64,000 nt of DNA from the human T2T-CHM13v2.0 reference genome, Homo sapiens. This document shows positions 1 to 17,349 of the stretch, one piece after another. Location: NCBI RefSeq assembly GCF_009914755.1, contig NC_060935.1; one strand, 5' to 3'. The translations under genes and the position numbers were made by a program. The notes beneath the pieces were generated by a model that saw nothing but the letters and a program-made list of their open reading frames with translations, had not been told where the DNA came from and made no database searches. Each line of letters begins with the position of its first letter. Position 1 is the stretch's first letter.

Positions 1-2066
1 AGCTTTACAAGAAATGCTTAAGGGAATTCTTCAAGTTAAAACAAAAGGTCACTAAGTACCAACATAAAAACATGACATTATAAAATAACTGGTAACAGTA
101 AAATAGAGTCAAAATTCAGAATACTCTAATGCTGTAATTGTGGTGTATAAATTACTTTTAACTCTGGTATAAGACCTAAAAGTCAAAAGTATTTTTAAAA
201 AATAGCTACAATCATTAGTTAATGATGTGCAATATAAAAAGACATGTCAAGTTCGACATCAGTAGCATAAAACAAAAAAGAGGAGAGAAGTAAAATTGTA
301 GAGATTTTGCAATCTAGAATATTATAAAAATGCTTTATGTAAGCCCCATAGTAACTACTAATAAAAAGGCCAAGTACAAATACAAAAGATAAAGAGAAAA
401 GGATCAAAGCATACCACTGCAAAAATTTAAAATATCATAAAGGAAGACAGCAATATTGAAAAAAAAGGAATAAATAAAATTCCAAGGAGTCAGTAAACAA
501 TTAACAAAATGGCAGTAGTACGGTATGATGTGTCAAAAATTTCTTTAAATATTAATGAAGTAATTTTCCAATCAAAAGACACAAAGGTTAAATAAATTAA
601 GACAAAACAAAACAAAAAGATTCAAAAATAGGCCGCCAACAAGAGATTTACATTACCCTTCATGAGAACACATATAAACTGAAAATGATAGAAAAAGTGA
701 TTCTATGCAAATGGAGCTAAAGAGAGAAGAGGTGAATATACTTGTATCAGACAAAATAGGCTTTAAGTAAAAAACTGTAAAAAGAGACAAAAGCAATCAT
801 TATATATTGATAAAGGAGTCAATTCATCAAGTTATGTAACATTTAAATATATATGCACCAAAAATTGGAGCACCTGAATATACAATGCAAATATTAATAT
901 ATATGAAGAGTGAGATGGACTGCAACACAATAAAAGTAGGTAATTTCAATACACCACTTTCAAAACTGAACAGGTTATCCAGACATGAAATCAATTAGAA
1001 AATGTTAGATTCGAACTAAACTTTAGACAAAATGAACACAACAGATATATACAAACATTCCATCCAATAGCTGCAGAGTACACATTTTTCTCAGCTGCAT
1101 ACAAAACATTTTCCAGGATAGAAAAAATATTAGGAAACATAAGAAGCCTTAACGAATTTAAGAAATCTGAAATTACATAAAGTATCTGTCAAATCATTCC
1201 ACCACAATGGGATGAAATTATAAATCAATACAAGAGGAAATTTGTAAAAGACGTCTATGGAATTTAAAGAACATTGTTCAGTACAACCAAGGAGTTTAAG
1301 AATAATGCAAAAGGAAAATTTAAAAATATCCTGAGACAATAAAAGAGAAATATAACATACCATGTCATATGGGATACAACAAAAGCTGTTCTAAGAGGAA
1401 AGTTTATAGCAATAAATGCCTACATTAAAAAGAAGAACTCAAATAAACTAAGTTCACCTCAAGGAATTAGAAAGAGAACAAACTAAACCCAAATTCAGTA
1501 GAAGAAAATAAATAATAAAGACCAGAAAAGAAATAGATTAAATAGAGACTACAAAAACAATTTTAAAACAATGTAGTTAAAAGTCATTTTTAATACAGAA
1601 AAATTAACACACATTTAGACTAAGGAAAAAGAGAAAGGTTCAAGTAAATAAAATTAAAAATGAAAAAGGAGATATTACAACTGATAGTGTAGAAATACAA
1701 GGGAAGGATAATAAGATAATACTCTTAGCAATTATATACACCAAAAAGATTGGATAACCTAGAAAAACAGAAAATATTTTAGACACAAACAACCTACCAA
1801 GATTGAATCATGAAGAATGAGAAAATCTAACAGACCAATCATGATTAAAGAGACTGAATTGGTAATAAATGGTCTCCGAACAAGGAAAAATTCAGGACCT
1901 AATGGCTTTATTGCTGAATTCTAACAAATATTTAAAAAATTAGTATGAATTTTTATCAAAATCTTCCAAAAAATTAGAAGAGAGGAAATACTTTCATTCT
2001 ATTAAATCAACATTACCTTGATATCAAAGCCAGACAAGGAGAATACAGGAAAAGAAAGTTACAGTC
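1..2066 (+). mobile_element. Old LINE-1 (L1M/L1MA-type) fragment: end of ORF1, inter-ORF, and ORF2 endonuclease to early RT region, degenerate
   Basis: A-rich sense-strand L1 motifs, e.g. TATATGCACC..TTGGAGCACC (850-875), GAGGAAAGTTTATAGCAATAAATGCCTACAT (1395-1425), CAGGACCTAATGGCTT (~1893). No long ORF. Confidence 0.85.
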
Positions 2067-3024
2067 CTGGACAGTTTTTTATAAATACAGTCATATAATA
2101 TATGATCATGTTTGATTGACTCTTTTACTTAATAAATATATTCCAGGTTCATGCTGTAAAAGTATCAATACTTCATTTTTTATAGTAAAATAATATTCAA
2201 TTTTATGAGTATATATTGTTATTTATTCATTAATCGGGTGATGAACATTTACTTTTTTTTTCTCCACTTTTGGCTATAATAAATGATAAATAACATGCTG
2301 TGAATATAGATGTACTAGCTTTTATATAAATATTTAAAAATTTCTCTTGAACATATGCCTAAGAGTGGAATTGTGAGATCATATGACAACCCTATTTTTA
2401 AAATTGTGAGGAACTACCAGACAGATTTTCAATGTGGCTTCAACCACATTGGTTGAATATAAAATTGAGAAATTAAATATGAATGAGAAATTGATTTCAA
2501 TTTTTCCACATCCTTAACACTTGTTATTGGTTTTTATTTTTATTGTAGCCATCCTAGTAGATGTATAATATACCATCTAATTGCTTGGTAGTTTTCTTGT
2601 GATATTTTTCTCAGGTTTGGATAGAAGGCTAATTCTGACCTTATGCAATGAGCTGGGAAGTAACACTGACCTCATGTAATGCATTCAGAAATATTTACAT
2701 CCCTTAGTTTTTTGAATGGCTTGTGGTGTTAATTCTTCCTTAATGTCTGGAAGAATGCATAAGTGATCCTTCTTGGGCCTGAGCTTTTCTTTGTGGGAAA
2801 TTTTTAAATTATCAATTCATTTTTTTAAAAAAACCTATTTAAGGCATGGACCTCAGGTTTTCTAGTTTTTCTTGGGTTTGGTTTGGTAGTTGTGCCAGTC
2901 TAGAATGTGTTTTATTACATCTAGCCTATTTAATGTGTTTCTGTACAGTCATTCGTAGTATTCACTTATATGGGATTCCATTATAGTCCATTGTAATAAA
3001 AAATTATTTTAAGTTAGTAGTTAA

Positions 3025-3589
3025 TGAGATAGGAATAATACAGGGTCATCACAGAAGAATAAAAAATTTCAAGCAGCAGTTTCACAAGACTAAAGGCAAT
3101 GCGGCTGATAAGACCTTAAAAAACAAATGTGTGGACCAAGCTGGCTAAGAACAAACATGGCTCCAGAGCAAACAAGGCACTGGATTTGACCTAGGTTTCA
3201 CCAAGGACATTATTATGCACTCATTAACATACTAACTCACAGACCCACAAGCACCATGAAAGTCCTGAGAACACCCATATTTGATGTAAAATTGATGGCA
3301 CCACAGTTTTGAGAAATCTCCACCTTTTTCAAGGAAGTTTCATGAATACTCCACCCCTTAAAGAAACCTATACAAGTAGAAATCATAAACCCCATTGCAC
3401 GTCTTTCTTGAGTTGGCCCCCAATCCCCTTTCTTGTGTGTGTATTCTTCCCTTTGCAATAAATCTTTGCACTTTCACTATTTTCTGACTCATCCTTGAAT
3501 TTCTTCTCATCTTGGTGTCAAGGGCATGGACACTGGCTAAGTTGATGTCCCACCAACATTTGGGAATGTCTCCCAGCCCACTGGTATCA
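3025..3589 (+). mobile_element. Solo ERV1-class LTR (MER4 group, MER66/MER51-like)
   Basis: Starts TGAGATAGGAATAATACAGGG, ends CTGGTATCA, AATAAA at 3457, flanked by GTTAA/GTTAT. Subfamily recalled, not verified. Confidence 0.75.
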
Positions 3590-3963
3590 GTTATGTCCCA
3601 ATTCCATTGCTAGTAATCTGCTACATCTCCCTGTTTTTACTTAGTGTAGGTAAATACTTGCAAATTTTTTTATTGCTTTGATGAACCAACACTTACTGTC
3701 GTATATTTCTCTATTTATTCTATTCTCCAATCCTTTAATTTAAGCTCTAATAATATAATTTCCTTCATTTCGGTGAATTCTATGTCATTAATTCTTCCTT
3801 TTCCACTGTTACAACCTGTACAATTAGGTCATTGATTTGTAAACTTTCTTCTTTTGCAGTCTTTTACGATATATCTTGCCCTCTAAGCACTGCTTTAGGT
3901 GCAACCATATTTTTTAATTTTCAAAGTGATTTTAATTTTTTCTTGTTATTTACTCTTAAATCC

Positions 3964-6226
3964 TGTATTAGTCCACTCTCACACTCCTAATAAAGACATA
4001 ACTGCAACTGGGTAATTTATAAAGGAAAGAGGTTTAATTGACTCACACAGTTCAGCATGGCTGAGGAGGCCTCAGGAAACTTGCAATCATGGCAGAAGGG
4101 GAAGCAAATATGTCCTTCTTCACATTGTGGCAGAAGAGAGAATGAGTGCCCAGTGAAGGGGAAAGCCCTTTATAAAACCATCAGATCTACTGAGAACTAA
4201 CTCACTACCACTGGAACAGGAAGGGTGAAATCGCCTACATGATTTAATTATCTCTACCTGGTCCTTTCCATGACACATGAGGATTATGGAAACTACAATT
4301 CAAGATGAGATATGGGTGAGGACACAGCCAAACTATATTATTCCACCACTAGCCCCTCCCAAATCTCATGTCCTCACTTTCCAAAACACAATCATGCCCT
4401 TCCAACAGTGCCCCAAATTCTTAACTCATTCCAGCATTAACTCAAAAATCCAAGTCCAAAGTCTCATCTGAGACAAGGCAAGTCCCTTCCCCCTACAAGT
4501 CTGTAAAATCAAAAGTAAGTTAGTTACTTCCTGGATGCAATGGAGGTACAGGCATTAGGTAAATATACCTATTCCAAATGGGATAAATTGGCCAAAACCA
4601 AGAGGCTACAGGCCCCATGCAAGTCCAAAATCCAATAGGGTAGTCATAAATATTAAAAGTCCAAAATTATCTCCTTTGACTCCATGTCTCACATCCAAGT
4701 GATGCTGATGCAAGAGGTGGGCTCCCACATTCTTGGGCAGCTCTGCCCCTGTGGTTTTGCAGGGTAGAGCCCCCCCTCCCAGCTGTTTTCATGGGCTGAC
4801 ATTCAGTGCCTGTGGCTTTTCCAGGTGCATAGTGCAAGGTGTCAGTGGATCTACCATTATGGAGTCTGGAGTATAGTGGCCCTCTTCTCACAGCTCCACT
4901 AGGCAGTACTCCAGTGGGGACTCTGAGTGGGGGCTCTGACCCTACATTTCTCTTTCATATTACCTTAGCAGAGGTTCTCCATGAGGGCTCTGCCCTGCAA
5001 CAAACTTCTGCCTGGGCAACCACATGTTTCCATACATCCTCTGAAATCTAGGCAGAAGTTCACAAACCTCAGTTCTTGTCTCCTGTGCACCCACAGGCTC
5101 AACACCATGTGGAAGGTGCAGGGTTTGGGGCTTGCACCCTCTGAAGCCACAGCCCAAGTTGTATGGTCCCTTTTAGCCATGGCTACAGCAGCTGGGATGC
5201 AGGGTACCAAATCTGTAAGCTGCACACAGCAGGGGGACCCCAGACCCAGCCCACAAAATCATTTTTTCCTCCTAGGCCTCTGAACCCGTGATGGGAGCAA
5301 AGGTCTCTGACATGCCCTGGAGACATTTTCCCCATTGTCTTGGTGATTTGGCTCCTAGTACTTATGCAAATTTCTGCAGCTGGCTTGAATTTCTCCCCAG
5401 AAATTTTTTTTTGTTTCTACCGCATCATATGGCTGCAAATTTTCCAAACTTTTATGCTCTGTCACCTCTTGAATGCTTTGCTGCTTAGAAATGTCTTCTT
5501 CCAGATACCCCAAATCATCTCTCTTGAGTTTAAAGTTCCACAGATCTCTATGGCAGGGCAAAATGCCTCCAGTCTCTTTGCTAACACATAACAACAATTT
5601 GCTCCAGTTCCCAAGAAGTTCTTCATCTTCATCTGAGACCACTTCAGCCTGGACTTTATTGTCCATATTACTATCAGCATTTTGGTCAAATACATTCAAC
5701 AAGTCTCTAGGAAATTCCAACCTTTCCCACATTTTCCTCTTTTCTGAGCCCTCCAAACTGCTCCATCCTCTGCCTGTTACCCGGTTCCAAAGCCACTTCC
5801 ATATTTTTGGTTATCTTTGAAGCAGCACTCCACTACCTGGTATCAATTTACTGTATTAATCCATTCTCACACTGCGAATAAAGACATACCTGAGACTGGG
5901 TAATTTATAAAGGAGAGAGGTTTAATTAACTCACAGATTAGCATGGCTAGGGAGGCCTCAGGAAACTTACAATCATGGCAGAGGAAGAAGCAAGCACATC
6001 CTTTTTCACCTGGTGGCAGGGGAGCGAATGAATACCAAGTGAAGGGGAACCCTCTCATAAAAACCATCAGATCTTCTGAGAACTAACCCACTATCATGAG
6101 AACAGGATGGGGAAAACGGCCCCTGTGATTCAATTATCTCCACCTGGTAACTCCCACAACCTGTGGGGATTACTGGAACTACAATTCAGGATGAGATTTG
6201 GCTGGGGACACAGCCAAACCATACCA
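3964..6226 (-). mobile_element. Full-length THE1 (THE1D-like) MaLR provirus: LTR 3964-~4340, internal ~4341-5851, LTR 5852-6226
   Basis: Two homologous LTRs beginning TGTATTA(G/A)TCCA on the + strand, a THE1-int body between them, and an exact 5-bp TSD AATCC at 3959-3963 and 6227-6231. Confidence 0.95.
5355..5756 (-). pseudogene. Remnant of the THE1/MaLR internal ORF (MEGSEKRKMWERLEFPRDLLN...)
   Basis: 133-aa ORF in provirus sense just downstream of the 5' LTR; the peptide resembles the typical MaLR-int reading frame and is broken by frameshifts. Confidence 0.6.
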
Positions 6227-6926
6227 AATCCCTTGATTATTTAGGATTTTATTGTTTTATTTCTACACATTTGTGATTCCTAAATGTCTTTGTATTCTGG
6301 ATTCCCAATTTAATTATACTGTGGTTTGAGGGTACATACTTTGATTTTATGATTTAAACTTATTGAGGCTTTTTTATTGTCTATCCTTTCAATGCTCCAT
6401 TTGTACTTCAGAATAATTCATATTCAGCTGCTATTGGGTGGGTTGTCTATAGATATCTGTTAGAACTACTTGGTGCATAGTATTTTCAAGTCTTTCCTTT
6501 CCTTGTTGATGGTCTGCACAATTGTATCCATTATGGAAAATTAGTTATTTGCATCTCTGATTATCATTGTGGAATTATCTATTTATTTGCATATGTTTAT
6601 AATTGTTATATCTTCCTTATGAATTACCCTATCAGTATTATAAAATGTTTCTTTTTATCTCTAGTAATTTTTTTATTTAGACTTTTTTGCATGTTGATAA
6701 AACCATTCCAGCTTTCTTATAGTTGCTCTTTGCAATAAGTATGGTTTTTTAAATGATTTCACTGATTTCTCCATTGATTCTGGGGACAGTCATTCTGAAT
6801 AACAATAGTTTTAGCGGAACTCCCTTTGAATGTTTTTTCTCTGACTTCTCTATTAAGTTGGTTCCCTTTATTGCTGTCACCCAGCTGTTAGGATCTATAA
6901 ATGTTTGCTGATTGATATATAGTCCT

Positions 6927-7436
6927 TGTGATCTGGGGGATTAAAGTAGACATCTCTTTATCAACTCAGATGGAGTCTTAGGTTAAGGAAACCAAGATAC
7001 TTATGGGTTGAGAGATAAGTCTGGCTGGCATGGCAGATTTTTAAATTTCTATGGCTAAAATCCCTAACAAATGGAGCGATCAGGCTAATTTACAACCCAG
7101 GCAACTGCAAATCTGACTGGACAGAGGACCTATTTTACAGCCGTTTTTTTTGTTTGTTTGTTTGTTTGGATAAGCTATTTGCACACCTTAAACCAGTTTC
7201 AGCCAGGTTTTAGAAGCTGTACATACACCATTTTTGTGTCCTTTTCTTCCCAAACCTGCCGAATATATATGATACTAGCCCTGTGAGGTATTAAACCCAA
7301 TCTGTCCTTACTTTCTTCAAAGAAAGAGCATCTTTGGCGCATGCTGGAGACTTCCTCTTCTCAGCTTGCACACTAGTATAGCCAATAAAGCTCTCCTTTC
7401 TACAGTATAGCCATACTGGTGGTCTTTTGGGTGACA
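6927..7436 (+). mobile_element. Probable solo ERV LTR, family uncertain
   Basis: ~510-bp block with TG...CA ends and AATAAA at 7384 followed by a U5-like tail; it interrupts L1 sequence. No clear TSD. Confidence 0.55.
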
Positions 7437-8250
7437 TTTTCATGAATTCCCTTGGGCATGAAGTTCTCCAAAGTCTGATTTAATTACATTTGGTCCCCTT
7501 TATTAAGGCAATATTTGAGGCCAGTCTTCTTGATTTGCTCTGACCTTAGGAAGACTCTTCTTACCTACATCTTTCCTTGGTTCTCTCAATAAATTTGCTT
7601 GTATATTGCTTAGCTTATTGCTCTCATGGATCTGCCAGCCTCTTTTTAATTGTTTACTTCCAAAATCTTTTTTACTGAGTGCACCCTTAGGCTTGAACTT
7701 TTCCCACTGTTTCAAATAATGTCAGTTACCTTGGGGAAATCTTTGGAGCTCTCAATTCTGATGGTCTGCCTCTACGTCTGGATAAAACCTCTGAGTCACT
7801 GCTCCAGAGCTGTGTGCAGGAATAATGACCTATTTCTATTGGAGTAGCATCTCTACTTTATGAGAATAGTGCTTTGCGTGGGCAATATTTTCTGCTCTTC
7901 TTGGCTTGTCTCTCTTAATGTGGAACTTTATCCTTATGAGCAAGTTGGAGTGACAGTAATCAGGTTCCTGGTATTCTTGACCTGCCATACCTGGATGTTA
8001 GATAGAAGAAGTGAGTCCCTGTGTTTTGGCTATACTTACTTGGATTTAATTTCTGCAACATAATCACTAGCCTGTCTCATTTCCTGCTTTCACCCACCAA
8101 GAAATTCTGTGTTGCAGAAGTTAAATTCCAGGGAAGTACACTATAAATTTTACTACCCAATAAGCTAGGGATATTACCCTTTTATCTTCATTCATTATGG
8201 TGCTAGAGGAAAGCAATATTAACATTTAGTTTTGTCTTAGTCACAAGGTG

Positions 8251-8278
8251 ATTATATTTATATATATATATATATATA
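8251..8278. repeat. (TA)n microsatellite
   Basis: Direct reading. Confidence 0.9.
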
Positions 8279-10123
8279 AAATGTTCTACTCAGGTGAATA
8301 CTAGGAAACCAATCTTAATATTATCGCTAGAATTATAAATCAAATAGTCTGATTAACTTTTTAGCTGCCAAAATACCTGACACTTGTTGCCTAGAAGGCC
8401 ATGAACTCCAAATATTTACATTATTAGTGTCCCCATTTCCAATAACAATCTGTGTCTCATTATTCCATATTCTTTTTGTCAATAAATGTTCAATATATAC
8501 ATTCATACAATTATCTAACATAGAACCATCGGTCTAATGATTCTTGACTCTTCCTACTCAATTATCTCCAAAATCTTATTGGCACCAATTTTTCTGATTA
8601 TAAATCCTTGTAATTTATATATAATTCTGATGAAAAATACCTGGTCACTAGTGATAAAAATTCTCACTGAGCTATTTTCAAGACAAATGAGATACTACAT
8701 CCTTTGTAAATAGAATAAAAATAACCAAAAATGTATTAGATAGGGTAATACTTTTAAGAATGATAACCTGTACTGGGACAAAAACATTGTCAGTTAAAAT
8801 TCCAATTTGTCATTAGAAGTTCATAGATATGACTATTTTTGGTGAAAATTGGTATTAATACTTATAAATATCTTTTATTCTACTTAACATCTTACTTCTG
8901 TATAAATAGCACAGAGGAATATTATTATATTAACATTTAAACCTTTTATCAGGATTCTAAGAATTTCCTAGTTTTTAATTTGTGATGAAAGGCAGAAAGC
9001 AACATTGTGAATGGGCTGATCAGATATAGGAGATTTTCAATGTCTAAATTCTTATTATAATTTTTTAAATATATGCTATTTGGTGACACAGATTCATCAT
9101 TTGTTTACTTGCAAAAAGTTGAACATTATTAAAATAGAAATGCTTATTTATGCAAATACTAGCAAACATGATGTAGGCATATAATAGGTATTTTGAATAA
9201 ATGAATACTAATGCACATTTTGAATAAATACTAATTCAAGATCTATTACTTGCTACAGTGTACTCAGAAACGTGCATTTTCTTCTTATGACTATGATGCA
9301 TATCTCAATAATTCATGCTGAAATAAATTAGATTTTTAATTTTATTACATCACCAATAGTGTAAAAATAGTTGAAAGTCTGAAAACTTGAAAATAAAGGC
9401 AATGGCAGTATAAATGGTGATCTCATTATCACAAGTCAGTAAAAGGTGCTTTGATTTTTACTTAAGTAAGCAGCAGTAAATCTCACACTTAGTGCATTAA
9501 AATTTTTTGTCTTTAATAATGACCTAGAATAATTTCTCTTTATCAAACTGCCTTCCAAATCAGAAACATGCATGAATCAGTTAGTCTAGCTTTGAGCCAG
9601 CATTTCAATAATTTAGTTTCGTTATATTGTCATTAAGCCAAGAGATTAGATCATAGACTGTTTTTTTATCTACAAAATTATGAGAATCCAGGGTACTGTT
9701 TAGTTTTTATCAAATAGTCTGCTGTTAGGGTGAAAGAGGTTAATATGCTAAATATCACAGATATCATTAATATCAATGGAATCCAGAAAATATACCTCAC
9801 AGTAAGATGTGAAACCTGTTGCAACTGCTAATATTATTTCCAAATTGCATTAATCACATAAATATGTTGTGTATAAATAATTTTATCTATAGTCTGAGTC
9901 TGTTCTCAGATTGATGTGTTTAAGGCAGTAGACCTTTTAGCAGTTCAAGTGGTTAAAAACAATATTTAATATTATACATTTTCAAACTGTGGTGTGATAT
10001 GGTTTGGCTTGGCCTCACCCAAAATCTCAACTTGAATTGTATCTCCCAGAATTCCCACATGTTGTGGGAGGGACCCAGTGGGAGGTAATTGAACCATGGG
10101 GGCGTGTCTTTCCTGTGCTATTC

Positions 10124-13090
<2,967 letters not shown>

Positions 13091-13399
13091 TGGGTTTATG
13101 AGGGGTTTCTGCTTTTGCTTCTTCCTCATTTTCTCTTGCCCTGCCATGTAAGGAGTGCCTTTCCCCACTGTGCCCACCATGATTCTGAGGCCTCCCCAGC
13201 CATGTGGAACTGTAAATCCAATTAAATCTCTTTTTGTTCCTAGTTTCAGATGTGTCTTTATCAGCAGTGTGAAAACAGGCTAATACATGGTGTTGCCAAA
13301 ATATATTTTATATTTAGACAATTCACTTTTGTTAATGAAATGAGTCCTTTAATATTCTATGTGATATAGTGTGTTGCTGTGCACTTATTTTAAAATAAA

Positions 13400-13670
13400 T
13401 AATTTTCTCACATCACTCTTCTAAAATTATCAGTGTCACCAGTATTCCACATGTTGCTAAATGCAATTGTCAAATCTCAATTATAAATTTATTTATCAGA
13501 GCTTTCAATGGTTAACTATGCTCTTTTTGTTTTCCTTCTCCCTTGTTCCTTTGCTGCTCTCTGCTCTTTTCTTTTTTTTTTCTTTTTTTAATTTGGGAGT
13601 GCTTGTATGACTCAGTCTTTTCCTTTTCCTCTTGAGTATCTCCTTTAGTGTTATTACTTCACATATCCTC
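13400..13670 (+). mobile_element. L2 fragment
   Basis: CCACATGTTGCTAAATGCAATTGTCAAATCTCA followed by a pyrimidine-rich L2-like tract. Confidence 0.5.
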
Positions 13671-13729
13671 TATACATTAATCACTCTGTGTATGTATGTG
13701 TGTGTATATATATATTTTCAGAGAACTCT

Positions 13730-14095
13730 TTGATAATAACTAGGGAATTTAGAATCTTGTATCAAACTCTCGGTGAATTAATACAACCAAAGTTTATTAT
13801 TTACTCGTGCCAAGTCTGCTGCCAGTCTGAGTGATTGATGAGGTCAGCTTTCATCCATGAATAGGTTTACAACCTCAGATGGTTTCATTATCAAGTGATC
13901 TACACAATATCCATGATCCCATAATTCTCATGAGGGCCCTGGGGAATTGAACCAAGCCAGTTAAACACTCCTATCCTCAAGTGAAAGAATCCCTGCTCAC
14001 ATTTAATTGGCCAAAGCAGATCACATAGTGGGGAAGTGTAATCTTTCTGTGTTCCCAGAACTATGAAACTAAATATTGATGAATACATGAACAGC
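13730..14095 (-). mobile_element. Old MLT1-type LTR fragment (followed by a MIR-like piece at ~14120-14200)
   Basis: CTGCTCACATTTAATTGGCCAAAGCAGATCACAT...GGGAAGTGTAATCTT motif. Confidence 0.55.
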
Positions 14096-15629
14096 CTATC
14101 AAAAATGTCTCTGTCACAGTTTTTTAAGGTTTTAATGTATTTTATGTGTAAAGTGCTTAGAACATGCCCAGCACAAATTAGACATGTGTCAGGAATTATA
14201 ATTTTGGACAGACAATTATACTGTTAGCTGATGTGGTGAGGAAATAATTAGGATAAAGTTTTAGATAGTAAGTCAGTAATACAGAATAAAGAACTTATAG
14301 TAAAGAAAATAAACAGGTGGGTTAAACATCTATAAGGAAAGATCACCTAGGACTGACTTCTGGAAAAGAGGGCATGTCTGAAATAGTAAACATAGAAGAA
14401 AGGAAATTATTTTATTCTAAAATTCAAAGAAAGAGATTAGGCCCAAATCATAACAGAATAGATAGTTTCTGACAAGCCAGGTACTGTTGTAACTAAATCC
14501 ACTCAAATTAGATATTTTGGAGCAATATATTGTCTTCTGCAGATATAACTTATAAGATAAAGGGGAAGAACAGCAAATGTAACTTCTAGTTTTCTCAAGT
14601 CTCATTATTGAGAAGTAATTATGCAGTAATTAGAAAAGAAAGAAACAGAGACAGAGACAGAAAATACTGGCTTTATGAAACAAAAAAGTTCTACTTGCCT
14701 CTTCATCTTCTATTCCATAGATGGATGAGATGTATTACTCAAAGTTATAACTAAAAAAAAAGTTTCCTGGTAAATATATAAAACTAATTTTCAAGGGAGG
14801 TGGATAATAAACTATGGTACAAAATTATAAATATTAACAGGAAAACAATTGAGATAAAATGGCATAAGATCGTTGGATATATACATAAAGAAATATCCTG
14901 CATCTACTGTCTTAAGCTGCATTTGTATGGACAAAATGAGGTGTTGTCCTTAGAGAGCAAAATGTTCAAATCCACACATATAATCAAGACATCCTTGGAG
15001 GCAGTGGTAGTTTTAACTTTGAGACTGTTCAGAAAAGAGAAATACATGGCAAAATAGAGAGTTTATATTGTTGAGAGAACTAAATGTGGAAAAAATTGGC
15101 AGTAAAATAGATAGTTTCTATGTGAGGTGCTCATAATTTCCCTTTGAAAAATAACAAGCCACGAATACTGCCACTATAGCATTTATTTTATATGTTGGTA
15201 GAACAAACCAAACAGAATTGAAATAATCCCTTGAGAAGAGTAATGATCCTCAGTTAAAGGAGGCATAAAAACATTTTCAAAATTGAGTAGGAATAGAAAA
15301 GCTACTGCGAATTGACTGATGATTATCACTTTCTTAATACAAAAATGTTCAAACTGCTTTTTTAAGGGGTATAATAAAATATTTCATGATCTTTTAAACA
15401 TTGTGAGAAAACTTTAATTTAGCTAAAAGTAACAATCTTTACTTTGACCTCAGATATTTGGAGTTATGGTTTAGCCCAAATATCTGAAGAGGAATGTGTG
15501 AAATGACTCCAAGCATATCAAAGGTCATTTTCACAAAAGGATTAAAGTATTTTTCTTTATCTACCCTAAAATCTAAAAGCAACGAAAGTCAGAGTAAAGA
15601 GCAAACTTTTTTTCTCAAAAAGTAACTGA

Positions 15630-16079
<450 letters not shown>

Positions 16080-16094
16080 CTAGCACTGCCCCTC

Positions 16095-16220
16095 GTGCTT
16101 TCCTCCCCACAACTCCTCCTGCTCCCATTCTTCATCTTCATTTTCCTTCTGCTATTCCTCTTTCTCCTTCTTATTCTTTTTATCTTTGTTCTTCTCTTCT
16201 TCCTTCTCCTTTTTTTTTCA
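16095..16220. repeat. CT-rich low-complexity tract
   Basis: Degenerate (CTT/CTC)n. Confidence 0.8.
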
Positions 16221-16779
16221 TCCCCCGCACTTTTCGTTTCCTAAAGTAATTCCATCCATTGGATCAGGTCTTATCAGCCTGATATATTCATATTAAAAGT
16301 CCCCATTAATCATTTACCTGACAGTTTTAGCTTGCATTTATAACTATTGCATCAGTCTATTATTTCATGAGAGCTTAAATAATAATAATATCAAAAAATT
16401 TTAGATTCAGTTCATCTCTATATAAAACAAGTTTTCTGGGTGAATTATTTGGTTAACCTGAAATACAGGTTACCAGGGAAAGTAGTATAAATGTTTAAAT
16501 CTTTTCTTGTATTTACCAATTTTCAAGATAATTGGTGTCCTAACAAAGTGCATGGCATATTATAGGTTTTCTTTAAATATCATTGTGAACTTATGGATCT
16601 CTAGATATTTCATGTCTTTTAATATACTGTGTATGTTACTGTTTTTTGATGGTCAAGCTATTCTGCTCATTAATTCAAAAGCCATTAAATTCCATATGAG
16701 CATTTGTTTCTGATTATTTTCTTTGTTGTCTTTTTATTTGCAATAGATATCTAGATATCTACTGGCCTTATGGTTTTCT

Positions 16780-17345
16780 TAATTTTTTGAATTTTGACGT
16801 CACTAGAGATTTACATGCAGTTGAAAGAAATTTAAAACATAAAGAGATCCTATATACTTTTTAGCCTGTTTCCCCCAATGGTAACATATGACACACCTAT
16901 ATAATTCTATATCACAATAAAAATTGACATTGATGTAATTCATTTACCTTTTTTTGTGTGTCCTTTTCACAAAACTCCAGCAATCTTTGCTTCCTTTGCC
17001 TTTTGGCCCAACAATATAATCAGGGATGGTTTGGTACTCTCTGTGCATCATCCTGAAATTAGTTACATTGCTAAAGAGTTCAAATTCTTGTCAGTGGAAA
17101 AATGGTATTAATGACCATAATCTAAACACTAGGGTCTCCACTGATATGAGGTTGTCATCGTTTCTCATCCATTTTTGTGTTCAGAGCCTCCCAACATGCA
17201 TTATTTTACTATGAAAAATAAATGAGTTCATATTAATAGTTTCTCAAACAAAAGATTACAGGTGTGGGATTTATTTTGTTGTAGTTGCTTAACATTTTTT
17301 ACCTTTTATTTGTATTTTCTTTTTTACTGATAATTTGGGTTGTGT
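16780..17345 (-). mobile_element. Old L1 (L1MC/L1ME-like) 3' fragment
   Basis: GATTTACATGCAGTTGAAAGAAAT...GTTTCCCCCAATGGTAACAT...AAATTGACATTGAT pattern. Confidence 0.6.
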
Positions 17346-17349
17346 TGAC

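Larger units (their letters stand above)
2070..7900 (-). mobile_element. Old LINE-1 (L1MB/L1MC-like), internally deleted, split by three LTR insertions
   Basis: 3'UTR-like sequence at 2070-2580, antisense ORF2 sequence at 2585-3024, 3590-3963 and 6232-~6900, and 5'-region-like sequence at 7440-7900 (CTTAGGCTTGAACTT, also seen in the L1 near 34145). Confidence 0.7.
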
